From an uncultured Chloroflexia bacterium (GTDB lineage: Bacteria > Chloroflexota > Limnocylindria > Limnocylindrales > CSP1-4), in NCBI GenBank assembly GCA_963768655.1, contig CAVYIM010000003.1:160001-224000 (forward strand): DNA of 64,000 nt, in the 5' to 3' direction. The translations under genes were made by a program, and so were the position numbers. The notes beneath the pieces are model-generated. The model had not been told where the DNA came from. It saw nothing but the letters and a program-made list of their open reading frames with translations, and ran no database searches. Positions 45,171-57,663 of this stretch are shown here, piece by piece (the stretch's first letter is position 1; every line of letters begins with the position of its first letter).

Positions 45171-45387
45171 TTCGTTCACCAAGGTCGGTTGTTGCGCGCA
45201 GGGAGCCACGGTCTGTTGTTTGCCTCGGGGGACACGGGAGTCCGCTCCTGAACAGGGAGCAACGCGCGGTGGGTCGCACTAGGTGCTGGGTCCCTGCTCA
45301 AGTGCCCGAATTCGGCCGGGGCCGCCAAGCGTCCGAGCGTTCTCTTGTCCGGAGGGCGTGACGGAACGACAGCCCCGGACCTTCGGC

Positions 45388-45416
45388 ACGTTAGGAAGCC
45401 AAAAGTAGGGGGTCAA
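45388..45416 (-). promoter_or_regulatory. Sigma70-type promoter upstream of the peptide ORF
   Basis: TTGACC-17 nt-TAACGT on minus strand. Confidence 0.7.
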
Positions 45417-45451
45417 TACGGTAGCTGGCCTAGGCTGGGGGCCTGGTTCGG

Positions 45452-48400
45452 TCAGATTGATTCGAGTGGGGGAGGCTCGATCCCCAGCTGCTCGCGCATG
45501 ACGCTCGCGTAGTGCGCGTACTGCTCGGCCGCAGCAGCGTGGGCGCCCGTTCGTCGGTAGAGCCGGAGGAGGCAGAGTTCGATCTGCTCTGCGTCCGGGT
45601 CGGCCTGCAAGGCCAGTTGAGCAACCGAAAGCGCTCGTTCGAATGCGCCTGCCTTGGTATCCGCGACGACCGCCCGCTCGATTCGATCCAGGAAGCTGGC
45701 GTGGAGGGTGTCTCGAAACGTCGACGCCCAGTCGTCATAGGTGAAGTCGACCGCGAAGCGTCCGGTGTAGGTCTCGGCGAGCCGGGTGACCAGCTCGGGC
45801 GATTGATCCCGGCGCATGGCACCAATGAGCTTCAGGCACTCTGAACTGCGGCTGCGCACCAACTCCGGATCGAGCCAAACCAGATCGGCACGGCTGTTGA
45901 GATAGCCAGCGGTCGCATCTTCTGCCGTCGTAGGTTCGAACACCTGACGGAGGAAGTACGAGGTCTGATTGAGGGAGTTGGCTCCTGCTTCCGGCTCCAT
46001 CTGCGGCCAGAGCGCCTCGATGACTTGCTCGCGTGATGCCGTGAATTGCGGGCGGGTCAGCAGGAAAGTCAGGAGTGACAGCACCTTCTTGCGAATCTCC
46101 GTCCCGGGAACAACCCGGTCGCCGAGGCGCACGGTCACGCGACCGAGGTCGTCTATGAAGGCCGGCGGGGCGAGCCGCCGGGTCAGGGCAAGCCCGGCAT
46201 CGGGGATCCGCAGGCTCTTCCTCTTTGACAACTCTCGCAGCAACTTGATGTCGGTTTCGTCACCGACCAGGTCCAGGAGCTCCGTCGCTCTCCTGATATC
46301 TCCCGGCCTGGCGTCCCCGTTGGAAAGTAACTGACGAAGGGCCCAGCGCCAGCGCTCAGGGCGGAGCGCCGCCTCTTGCCTGACGATTCCCAGGCTGGCC
46401 GCGTCGAGGTCCGCGAGCCGCCTCGTCACGAGTTCCGCCTGTATAGACAGGTACGCGGCGTCGCCGGATTCGAGCGAGCGGACATGGGTCACGAGCGCTT
46501 CGTTGCTGGAAACGAGCGCCTGGGTCAAGCGAATGCTCTTCCACCAGAACCAGGCCTGTTGACGCTCGGCGAACCTCAGGTGCTCGAGTAGCGAACCGGG
46601 GAGACTCGGATCGCCCGGTGATTGGGAGGCGAGTATCTGGAGGCCCAGCGAGCGGACGGCGCTGGAGAATGCGGGAGCCTGTAGATGTATTCCGAGCTCT
46701 GACAAGAGGCTGGTCGCGCGATCCAAGTTTCCATGCTCAAGTTCGAGCCTGGCTTCGACCTGCCGCCAGTACGTATTGTCGACCCAACGCGGGTTGTCCT
46801 GGAATGCTTGCACGAGGATCCGCTGGCCCTCCGCTGGATCCCCGTACATTGCTTGGAGCTCAGCGGCTTCGGCAACGGTCTCAGGCTCAACCCAGCTGCC
46901 CGGGTCGCCGAACGCCGAATTGGCGTGAGCTTGGGATTCACCCCACCTTCCAGCCAGAGCCAAACCCTTTGCCAGGTTCATATGCGCGGCACCAATGTCG
47001 CCGCTGTTCCCCGCGGACAGAACAAGGTTCACAGCTGCCTCGCCAACGCTGATCGCCGCTTGGTGGTCGCCTCGACTGCCTTCAACTATCGAAAGGTTCA
47101 CGAGACTGATTGCCTCGTGTCTCGTGTGGTTTCTCTGTCGGCTCAGGCGAGCGGCCTCGATGAGAGCATCGCGCAGTGCGTCTAGGCTCCCGGCGTCGGA
47201 AGAATCCACCACGCACTTGGCCGCACGCGCAATTGCCGCCAACTCGGGATCGCCGCAGCGGACCAGTTCCGCGCTCGCACTGGAGGACATCTCAGAGTCT
47301 TGGCGCTGGATTCCCAGAAGCAACCTATTCAGTGCATGTGTCATACCAAACTCTGGGTTCACGAGCGCCAGACCTGCCGAGGCTTCCTCGGCCTGGCGAG
47401 CGACTGCCACAGCCTCGTCGTAGCGGCCTTCGGCGGCAAGTTGGCGACTGCGGAGGATGTCGTACCAGGGGTTCGGGTTGGAGTCGGGGAAGCGGGTGAT
47501 AAGGTCCTCGGCCGCGGCAAAGTCGCCGGTGCCGATGATCGTGGGGACGGCGGCGCAAACAACCCGGCGCACCTCGTCCGCGTCACCGGCTGCGGCCCAG
47601 TGGCGGGCGGCGAGGCGCCACGATTGCGGCTCCAGGGCCGAGGCCAGACCGCGATGAAGACCGGTGATCCCCGCCTGACCAAGTTCCGCCTCGAGACGGG
47701 CGAGCAGGAACTCGCGCACAAGTGGATGAAGCCGCCACGACGCAATCGCCCCGGCCCCTCTTGACAGCAGCCCGAGTCGCTGCGCGTGGCCGAGGAGTCG
47801 CCGCGCCTCGGCGACGCCGACGTCGGCTGCCACTGCGGCGATATCCGCGTCGATCTCCGCCAGGAGCGCTATCCGGATGAGGAAGCCGCGCAGATCCGCC
47901 TTCAGCTCGCCGACCACTTCCTCCGCCAGATAGTCGTAGAGGTCGCCCTCGGCGCCGGTCAGGGATTGAACGAAGGCACGAACCTGCGCGGTCGATCGGC
48001 CGTCGACGGCAGTCCTCACCAACTGCAGAGATGCCGCCCAGCCTTCTGTTCGCGCCTGCAAGTCATGCAGAACGTCGGGTTCGAGCGGCTGGCGATAAGA
48101 CTCGCGAAAGAGGCGCCCGGTCTCGGTCTCGTCGAAGCGAAGCTCCTCCCGTCCCAGCTCGGCGAGCTCGCCCCGGGCGCGCAGCGCCGCCGCGGCCAGG
48201 TTCGGTGTCCGCCTGCTCGCCAGGATCACCGTCAGCTTCGCGGGCGCCCTCGCGATGAGGCGCTCGACCACCGCCCGAATCTCCGGCACGTCTTCGGCGA
48301 GGTGGAAGTCGTCCAGAACGATTGCCGACGGAACGTCCCCAAGACAGTCGATCTCGGTGAGAAGCGTCCGCAGGACCGTTTCCTCCCGCGTCGGTTCGAC

Positions 48401-48772
48401 CGACGTTTCGGACAGAAGAGACGCGCACCGCTGGAGCAGTCTGGGGTCCACAGCCTGGCACGAGGCAACCAGGTAGCGAAGGAAGACCAGGCCGTCGGTG
48501 TCGCCCTCGTCCAGCCGATACCAGAACGTTCGAACGCGCGAGCGACGGAGGAAATCGGCGACGAGTGTCGTCTTACCGAAGCCCGCCTCGGCGACCACGT
48601 ACAAGACCCTGCGGCTTGCCCGAGTCTCGAGCCAGGTGAAGAGCCGATCGCGCCGGAGCGTCTCCGGTGGAAGAAGTGGTCTCTGGATCTTGCCGGGGCG
48701 CAGCGGAAAGCTCGGGCGCACGTACTCGGCATCGCCGGCGACCCGATCTCCGGTCCCGGGCTCGACTGACAC
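45452..48772 (-). CDS. Large regulator: MalT-like STAND NTPase, helical/TPR-like middle, C-terminal wHTH-BTAD
   Basis: GAGGAG then GTG 48772; AEAGFGKTT, IVLDDFH, TEGW, YLAEEV; REQVIEALWP, DPDAE, LGIEPP. Confidence 0.85.
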   Translation of the reverse strand: MSVEPGTGDRVAGDAEYVRPSFPLRPGKIQRPLLPPETLRRDRLFTWLETRASRRVLYVVAEAGFGKTTLVADFLRRSRVRTFWYRLDEGDTDGLVFLRYLVASCQAVDPRLLQRCASLLSETSVEPTREETVLRTLLTEIDCLGDVPSAIVLDDFHLAEDVPEIRAVVERLIARAPAKLTVILASRRTPNLAAAALRARGELAELGREELRFDETETGRLFRESYRQPLEPDVLHDLQARTEGWAASLQLVRTAVDGRSTAQVRAFVQSLTGAEGDLYDYLAEEVVGELKADLRGFLIRIALLAEIDADIAAVAADVGVAEARRLLGHAQRLGLLSRGAGAIASWRLHPLVREFLLARLEAELGQAGITGLHRGLASALEPQSWRLAARHWAAAGDADEVRRVVCAAVPTIIGTGDFAAAEDLITRFPDSNPNPWYDILRSRQLAAEGRYDEAVAVARQAEEASAGLALVNPEFGMTHALNRLLLGIQRQDSEMSSSASAELVRCGDPELAAIARAAKCVVDSSDAGSLDALRDALIEAARLSRQRNHTRHEAISLVNLSIVEGSRGDHQAAISVGEAAVNLVLSAGNSGDIGAAHMNLAKGLALAGRWGESQAHANSAFGDPGSWVEPETVAEAAELQAMYGDPAEGQRILVQAFQDNPRWVDNTYWRQVEARLELEHGNLDRATSLLSELGIHLQAPAFSSAVRSLGLQILASQSPGDPSLPGSLLEHLRFAERQQAWFWWKSIRLTQALVSSNEALVTHVRSLESGDAAYLSIQAELVTRRLADLDAASLGIVRQEAALRPERWRWALRQLLSNGDARPGDIRRATELLDLVGDETDIKLLRELSKRKSLRIPDAGLALTRRLAPPAFIDDLGRVTVRLGDRVVPGTEIRKKVLSLLTFLLTRPQFTASREQVIEALWPQMEPEAGANSLNQTSYFLRQVFEPTTAEDATAGYLNSRADLVWLDPELVRSRSSECLKLIGAMRRDQSPELVTRLAETYTGRFAVDFTYDDWASTFRDTLHASFLDRIERAVVADTKAGAFERALSVAQLALQADPDAEQIELCLLRLYRRTGAHAAAAEQYAHYASVMREQLGIEPPPLESI

Positions 48773-48816
48773 CCGCAACTCCTCTATCCCCAGCCGACCC
48801 CCGACCGGCGGGCCGT

Positions 48817-48846
48817 AGGATAGAAAGCCGAACTGGCGCGTGTCAA
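48817..48846 (-). promoter_or_regulatory. Sigma70-type promoter of the STAND regulator
   Basis: TTGACA-18 nt-TATCCT on minus strand. Confidence 0.65.
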
Positions 48847-49168
48847 TCGGATTGACGGCGGAGGCCTGCATTCCCAGATGATGGCGGCGCCCGATCACCT
48901 GCCGCTTAGCTGCGAATGCTCTGGCTTCAGACTGCGTTCAGGCCGGCCGGTGACGGTCGGCCGGCTGTCGCGATGCGGCAACCCCGGAGCGTCACCATCA
49001 CCAAGATCGCACGCGAGATCGCACGCGAGATCGCACGGATGTTCCGGCCGTCCTCGCCGGCCTCGATGGGCTGGGCGAGGTGCCCGCAGATGCCGTGCTC
49101 GCTCACTCGTCCAGCGCTGGAGGCTCACGAGCCGTGTTCCGCGTGCCCCGCGCCGACAGGCTCGCCGG

Positions 49169-50515
49169 TCAGTTGCCCTGCGTCCCGATCTCCGGCGCCG
49201 GCGTGTTGCCCACGGTCCAGGTCGCGGGCACGTACGTGGGCACGATCTGGATGAAGATCTGGCCCCGAACCATGGGCACCGGCTGGCCCTTGTTCGGACC
49301 GCTCGCGTAGGTCACGAGCGTGGTGGCGTGTTCGTTCTTCTTGGTCCAGATCGCCGGCGTTGCGAGGCCGTTGTTGAAGACCATCGCCGAACCGTGGCCG
49401 ACGTATTGGATGTCAAGGCGGTGCTTGTGCAGCTCGGCCGGAGTGTCGTTCGCCAGGCCTGCGGTCATGTACTCCAGGATCACATTCGAGGGGGCGATGC
49501 GCTGCCCGGTGGAGGCATCGATCTCGGGGCTATCGGCCGTGGCCGAGCGCGGATAGGTGTTCGTCGTCCAGTCGTAGTTGTAGACGATGACGTTGTGCTC
49601 GTACGGCACGACGATCTGGCCACCCATGAGCCGGGCGCTGCCGGGAAGCGCGTCTTCGAAGTTGAATGGTGAGGTCGTGACGGGAGCCGTGCCGCCGAGT
49701 TTCGTGGTCAGCGTTTCAAGCTTGGCGTACGAGGTGTACAGGTTATGGGGCGCCTCTCGGAACGAGGTCCGCCACATGTAGCCGCTCTTCCCGCCGTAGC
49801 GGAGTCCGTCGATGTTGTAGATGTACTTGCCGGTGTCCTGGGCCAGGCGGTTCATCGCATTCGGCGCGCCCCACATGTGCGTATAGCCGGCCCGCCATTC
49901 CTCGGCCCACGCGACGAAGTAGATCCTGGCGCTGCGGACCGGTCCGATGGCCGGCGGCGCCTCGGTCTGGAAGAGGGCCATGTAGCGCGGAATGCCGCCC
50001 TCGGCCGGAGCCTGGTAGACGATGTTCGCCATCGACAGTCCCGACTGCGGCCGGGCGCCCTGCTGGTCGTCGATCATGACGGCGATCGGCTTGCGGGTGG
50101 CCAGCGCAGCCTCGCCCGCCGGGAGCCACACGCCGTCGGTGGTGGCCGCCACCATGCCCGCCGGGACGGCCGAGCCCGACGGCGAGGGAGAGGGCCCCGC
50201 CGAGCCCGACGGCGTGGGCGAGGCTGCGAGCGAGGGTGAGGCCGTGGGCGAGGCCAGGAGCGCGGCCAGGGATGTGGCTGCCGGCGTGCCGGTTGCGTCG
50301 GCGCCGGGGAACGGCGTCGGCGACGGGGAGGTAGCCGAAATGTCGGCGACGGCGATGCTGCTGCCGACGACGGCCACGACGATGGCGATCGCGGCCCCAA
50401 CGACAATGGGACGGCGCGACGCAACGCGGCGAACGAACGCGAACGATCGTCCGATCAGTGGCAAGCGGGACGACAGGAGGCCGCGAAATGGCGCGAGCGA
50501 TCCCCCGGAATTCAT
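49169..50515 (-). CDS. DUF3048-family exported protein with S/P/T linker
   Basis: AVMIDD, ARPQSGL, EGGIPR, IGPVRSAR, APHNLY. Confidence 0.88.
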   Translation of the reverse strand: MNSGGSLAPFRGLLSSRLPLIGRSFAFVRRVASRRPIVVGAAIAIVVAVVGSSIAVADISATSPSPTPFPGADATGTPAATSLAALLASPTASPSLAASPTPSGSAGPSPSPSGSAVPAGMVAATTDGVWLPAGEAALATRKPIAVMIDDQQGARPQSGLSMANIVYQAPAEGGIPRYMALFQTEAPPAIGPVRSARIYFVAWAEEWRAGYTHMWGAPNAMNRLAQDTGKYIYNIDGLRYGGKSGYMWRTSFREAPHNLYTSYAKLETLTTKLGGTAPVTTSPFNFEDALPGSARLMGGQIVVPYEHNVIVYNYDWTTNTYPRSATADSPEIDASTGQRIAPSNVILEYMTAGLANDTPAELHKHRLDIQYVGHGSAMVFNNGLATPAIWTKKNEHATTLVTYASGPNKGQPVPMVRGQIFIQIVPTYVPATWTVGNTPAPEIGTQGN

Positions 50516-50580
50516 GCCCGGAAGCCTATCACGACGGCCAGATTGCCACGGCGTTGGCGATCGTGGCGGTGGCCGCGCGG

Positions 50581-50784
50581 CTACTCCTCGTATTCGAAGC
50601 CGAGCTTCATCTGGACTCTGTACTCGACAATCTCGCCGTTCTCAACGCGTGCGGTCGATTGGATCACCTCGACCGTCCGGATGTTGCGGACCGTCTTGGA
50701 CGCCAGGGCCACGGCCTGACGCGCTGCGTCGCTCCAGGAATGCGGGCTCGTGCCCACCATTTCTCGCACGATGATTGCGCCCAT
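50581..50784 (-). CDS. Dodecin-family protein
   Basis: VGTSPHSWSDA, ASKTVRN, EYRVQMKLGF. Confidence 0.9.
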   Translation of the reverse strand: MGAIIVREMVGTSPHSWSDAARQAVALASKTVRNIRTVEVIQSTARVENGEIVEYRVQMKLGFEYEE

Positions 50785-50823
50785 CGGTCTCCTCGCTAGG
50801 CGGGCGGCTGGCGCCGCCCAAGA

Positions 50824-52173
50824 TCAGACCGCCTCGGCGTAGCGCTCGGCGGCGTAGCTCACGAAGCGGGTCTGGCTCTTCTTGAACCATAGCTTGACTT
50901 CGCCCGTGGGGCCATTTCGGTGCTTCGCCAGGCGCAGGTTTACGACCTCGCCGTCCGTTTCGACCTCTTCGCCGGGCTTGTCTCTCTCCCTCCACAAGAA
51001 GAGCACGAGGTCCGCGTCCTGCTCGATGGCGCCGGACTCGCGGAGGTCGGACAGACGCGGCTCGCGCGACTCGCGCATCTCCGGCTGACGCGACAGCTGG
51101 GAGAGGGCGAGGACCGGTACCTTGAGCTCGCGGGCGAGAGATTTGAGACCGCGACTGATCTCCGAGACCTCCTGGACTCGGTTGGCGTCGCGCGTGTTGG
51201 TCGTGGCCTGCATGAGCTGCAGGTAGTCCACGATCAGCAGGTCCAGTCCGCGCTCCGCCTGTAGCCGGCGGGCCTTGGTCCGCAACTCCATGGTGCCGAT
51301 GCTGGGTGTGTCGTCGATGAAGATCGGCGCTTCGGAGAGGGCGTTCATCGCCGGCGCGATCCGGGCGAAGTCCATCTCCTCGAGGAAGCCCGACCTAAGC
51401 CGCTGCGAGTCGATGGACGCGACGCTCGAAAGCAGACGAAGGACGAGCTGCTCTTTGCTCATCTCCAGGCTGAACACGCCGACGGTCTTGCCCTCGCGCA
51501 CGGCCGCGTGCTCGGCGATGTTGAGCGCCAGGCTGGTCTTGCCGACGCTCGGCCGGGCTGCCAGGACGATCAGGTCACTCGCCTGAAAGCCGGTGGTAAG
51601 CAGGTCCAGGTCCGTGAAGCCCGAGGCGATGCCGACGATCTCGCCGCGATGGGCGTGTAGGTAGTCCAGCCGGTCGTAGGCGTCGTGAAGGAGCGTCCGC
51701 AGCGCGCTGAAGCTGTCGCCGGACCTCCGCTGGCTGACCGCGAACAGCTCGGCCTCCGACCGATCGATCGCCTCCTGGATGTCCGGCCCGTCCTCGTAAC
51801 CGATTGCCGCGATCTTGCCGGCGGCCTGGATCAGCCGCCGCAAGAGGGCCTTGCGCTCGACAATTCGCCCGTACTGGCCGACGTGAACGGCGGTGGGAGT
51901 GTCGTTGCCGAGTGTCGAGAGATAGCTGGCGCCGCCCACAGCCTCCAGCTCGCCGGCCCGCTCCAGCGCCTCCGCGACCGTGACGACGTCGATCGGCTCG
52001 CGATGCTCGAACAGGTCCAGCATCGCGGCGTAGATGCGGCCGTGGGCCTGGCGGTAGAAATCCTCCGGGTGGAGGAAATCCGCGACCTCGATGATCGCGT
52101 CGCGGTCGATGAGGATGGACCCGAGCACGGCCTGCTCGGAGTCGAGGTTCTGTGGCGGCAGTCGGTCGATCAC
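50824..52173 (-). CDS. dnaB: Replicative DNA helicase
   Basis: PPQNLDSEQAVLG, AARPSVGKT, DYLQL, LRESGAIEQDAD, KHRNGPTG; no intein. Confidence 0.97.
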   Translation of the reverse strand: MIDRLPPQNLDSEQAVLGSILIDRDAIIEVADFLHPEDFYRQAHGRIYAAMLDLFEHREPIDVVTVAEALERAGELEAVGGASYLSTLGNDTPTAVHVGQYGRIVERKALLRRLIQAAGKIAAIGYEDGPDIQEAIDRSEAELFAVSQRRSGDSFSALRTLLHDAYDRLDYLHAHRGEIVGIASGFTDLDLLTTGFQASDLIVLAARPSVGKTSLALNIAEHAAVREGKTVGVFSLEMSKEQLVLRLLSSVASIDSQRLRSGFLEEMDFARIAPAMNALSEAPIFIDDTPSIGTMELRTKARRLQAERGLDLLIVDYLQLMQATTNTRDANRVQEVSEISRGLKSLARELKVPVLALSQLSRQPEMRESREPRLSDLRESGAIEQDADLVLFLWRERDKPGEEVETDGEVVNLRLAKHRNGPTGEVKLWFKKSQTRFVSYAAERYAEAV

Positions 52174-52499
52174 GGGTGGGCGGACCCCTTGAAACCTGAC
52201 TTGACGGTGACGGTGACGGTGACGACGCAATGGTGGCTCCGCCGAACTCTCGCCGCGTCAACGAACCCGACTGGTCGGCGGCTCACCTATCCCCGAACTG
52301 GGCGCCCTGTGGGCGGACTGTGGACATTCGATGTGGATGGCTCACCCGCTTTCTCACCCGAATTCGCCCGCTACCCATCTGGCCGGCCCGAAGGCCGAGG
52401 CCGAGGCGCCGCCGAGCACCGCAGCGAGCGCACCGAGCGTGCGTGAGCGAAGGAGCGCAGAAGGCAACGAAGGCATCGGCCGTCTGACGGCCAGATGAT

Positions 52500-53150
52500 C
52501 TAGTCCAGGCGGCGGATGACCCCGATCAGCTTCCCCTGAATTCGCACGTCCGCGTAGAACATCGGCGGGTACTGAGCATTCGCGGGCTGCAGGCGAATGC
52601 GGCCCTGCTCCTTGAAGAACTGCTTGAGCGTTACTGAGTTCTCTTCCACCTGAGCGACGACAATGTCACCGTCACGGGCCGTCTGCTGCGGCCGGATCAG
52701 CACGAAGTCTCCATCCTGGATGTGGGCGTCGATCATCGAGTCGCCCCGGACACGCAGGACGTATGCGTCGCCCGAGGGGGCGAGCAGGTCCGGCACGGCC
52801 ATGCTCTCGGATGCGTCCTGGTAGGCCTCGATCGGGCCGCCGGCGGCGATCTCGCCCACGATCGGCAGCACATGGGCCTCCGTGGCGGTGGCCTGGGGCA
52901 TGAGCTCACCCGAGAGGCCGAGGCGCATTGCCGCCAGCGGCGTCAGGCGGATCGCGCGCGACTGAGCCGCGCCCCTCTCCAGGTAACCCTCGCGCTCGAG
53001 CATCTGGAGGTGATGGTGAACGGCCGACGTGGAGGCGAGATCGACGGCGACCGCGATTTCGCGCACGGACGGCGGGTAGCCGCGGGTTCGCAGCGTCGCG
53101 GCGATGAAGTCGAGGATCCTGCGCTTACGTTCGGCGTCGTGCTTGGTCAC
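52500..53150 (-). CDS. lexA: SOS repressor LexA
   Basis: GYPPSVREI, IAAG cleavage site, GDSM, TLK. Confidence 0.97.
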   Translation of the reverse strand: MTKHDAERKRRILDFIAATLRTRGYPPSVREIAVAVDLASTSAVHHHLQMLEREGYLERGAAQSRAIRLTPLAAMRLGLSGELMPQATATEAHVLPIVGEIAAGGPIEAYQDASESMAVPDLLAPSGDAYVLRVRGDSMIDAHIQDGDFVLIRPQQTARDGDIVVAQVEENSVTLKQFFKEQGRIRLQPANAQYPPMFYADVRIQGKLIGVIRRLD

Positions 53151-53171
53151 CGGCGCCTCCTTCCCATCCGG

Positions 53172-53200
53172 AGGGTACAGAACGCCCGTTCGATTGTCAA
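53172..53200 (-). promoter_or_regulatory. lexA promoter with SOS box in the spacer
   Basis: TTGACA-17-TACCCT; GAAC-N4-GTTC at 53180-53191. Confidence 0.88.
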
Positions 53201-53302
53201 GCAGGCGCGGGCGAAGACCAGGCGCGGGCGGGAGGCGCCCGGTCGGGCGCGGCCTGTCGCACGGACGCTCGCGGGCTCGGCGCGGTCGCCCGTCTCCCCA
53301 CG

Positions 53303-54145
53303 CTACGGCCGCAGCGTGCCGAAGAAGACCTGCCAGGCCAGGAGCGACTTCGCGATCAGGCTGAAGAGCATGTAGGCGTGCTCGCCGTAGAGATAGTCGC
53401 GCCAGCGGCCGATCTTGCGGTACTGCAGAACCATGTTGATGGCGAAGATGTTGAAGAAGACGAAGAGCGTCACGAAGATGGCGATCACGAAGCCTGGAAT
53501 TGGGGCCGAGCCCGGCTCAGTTGCGGAGACCAGGAGTGTCACGAAGATGACGACCCACGGGACCGCGCCGGCGATGCAGCCGAAGATGTAGTGCAGCCAC
53601 TGCGGCCGCTCGCGCCCCTCGTTGGCGATCTCCATGCTCCAACCGAACATGATCATGGCGGCGTTCACGCCGAAGATCGCGATGAGGGTGCCGACCTCCT
53701 GGACACCGGCCAGGGCTGCGATGACGACGATCATTACGCTCGAGCTGAACGAGTATTCGATCCAGCGAATCGGGTTCTGGCCGCGCGCCAGATGGGCCTC
53801 GTACCAGCGCCGCGCCGGGAACGCCATGCTGAAGTGAGCGATCGCGCTCATGAAGAAGAACAAAGCCACGAACGGGCCGATCGGAAGGTCCCAAATGGCG
53901 CGCTGAGCAGTGACGAGATGACGCGTGGCCTCGTCGAAGTGCAGGTACGTGCTGACCACGGGCGAAGTAACGACCGGGCTCTTCGCAAACGAGATGGCGA
54001 GGATGGCCAGCCCCTGGACCAAATGAAGCGCCGAGAGGGTGGCGTTCCAGCGGAAGAGACCGATCGATCGATCGACCGGGATCTCCCCGGCTGCCGGTGC
54101 GGCGCGGACTCCGGACGCGGCCGGCCCGGCGGCAGATTCGGACAT
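53303..54145 (-). CDS. Heliorhodopsin
   Basis: LHLVQG, AHF, NPIRWIEYSFSSS, LQY, retinal lysine in SLIAKSLLAWQ; RBS GGAGG. Confidence 0.93.
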   Translation of the reverse strand: MSESAAGPAASGVRAAPAAGEIPVDRSIGLFRWNATLSALHLVQGLAILAISFAKSPVVTSPVVSTYLHFDEATRHLVTAQRAIWDLPIGPFVALFFFMSAIAHFSMAFPARRWYEAHLARGQNPIRWIEYSFSSSVMIVVIAALAGVQEVGTLIAIFGVNAAMIMFGWSMEIANEGRERPQWLHYIFGCIAGAVPWVVIFVTLLVSATEPGSAPIPGFVIAIFVTLFVFFNIFAINMVLQYRKIGRWRDYLYGEHAYMLFSLIAKSLLAWQVFFGTLRP

Positions 54146-54285
54146 CGTTTCCCTCCTCCACTTGCGGGTGGGCTGGAATGGGCGGGGTACTGCCTACACG
54201 ATACGAGGGGCGAAGCTCCTGTCCAGCGGCCGGCCGCAGCCGTTGAGCCCCGCGCGACGCCTCCGCGCCCCGCGATCGTCGCCGG

Positions 54286-56913
<2,628 letters not shown>

Positions 56914-57144
56914 CGGCCGTTCCGGGAAGCTGTCACGGCACTGATCCTACCTCCGCGGGAGCCGCGACGACAGGTCCCCGCCGCCGGACCATCGGCCGAG
57001 GGAGACTGGCCCATCCGTCGCCACCGGAAGTGCCGTGGACGACGCGCTCGGGCAGCGAGGCTCGTTGTCAATCGTCGCGCCTGATAGACTCACAATTCCC
57101 CGGAGCGGACCCGCGAGTTGGGTCGCCCGGCGGACCGAGGACTG

Positions 57145-57663
57145 ATGGCCAGCACGGGTCGAGTCGTAGCGCGGAGGCGGCGCCGCCGCAGAGGCGGATT
57201 GATGCGCGCCCTCAACTGGCTGGCCTTCATGCCGCTCGCCAGCCGTGCGCCGATGTACTCGCGCCTCATCTGGGCGCTGGTGACGGACTCGCGGATCCCG
57301 ACCAGCCGAAAGGTGGTTCTCGTCGGGGCTGCCGGCTACGTGCTGGTGGGGCGCGACCTGATCCCTGACGACATCCCCGTCCTGGGCGGGCTCGACGATC
57401 TGGCTGTAGTCATCCTCGCAATCGAAGTATTCTTCGACGGCATTCCCGAAGAGATCCTCGACGAGAAGCTCGAAGAACTCGGCATCGACCGCGAGGCTTT
57501 CCGGCGGGACGTCGATCAGGTGCGACGGTTCACACCCACTCCAATCAGAAGGATCATTCGCCACCTGCCCGACGCTATAGACTCCGCGGGCCGGCTCATC
57601 GCCAAAGCAGAGCTCGGGCCGAAGGCCCGATCGCTCATCTCTAAGGAGGAATCGTTCGCGTGA
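57145..57663 (+). CDS. DUF1232/YkvA-family protein
   Basis: DLIPDDIPVLGGLDD; GAGGA before ATG. Confidence 0.85.
   Translation: MASTGRVVARRRRRRRGGLMRALNWLAFMPLASRAPMYSRLIWALVTDSRIPTSRKVVLVGAAGYVLVGRDLIPDDIPVLGGLDDLAVVILAIEVFFDGIPEEILDEKLEELGIDREAFRRDVDQVRRFTPTPIRRIIRHLPDAIDSAGRLIAKAELGPKARSLISKEESFA

Noticed and set aside
48895-49128. Small ORFs between DUF3048 and the STAND regulator (CDLACDLACDL)
   Set aside because: The pattern comes from a 12-bp tandem repeat; no RBS or recognisable family
50824-52173. Intein in dnaB
   Set aside because: Normal length of about 450 aa with continuous motifs
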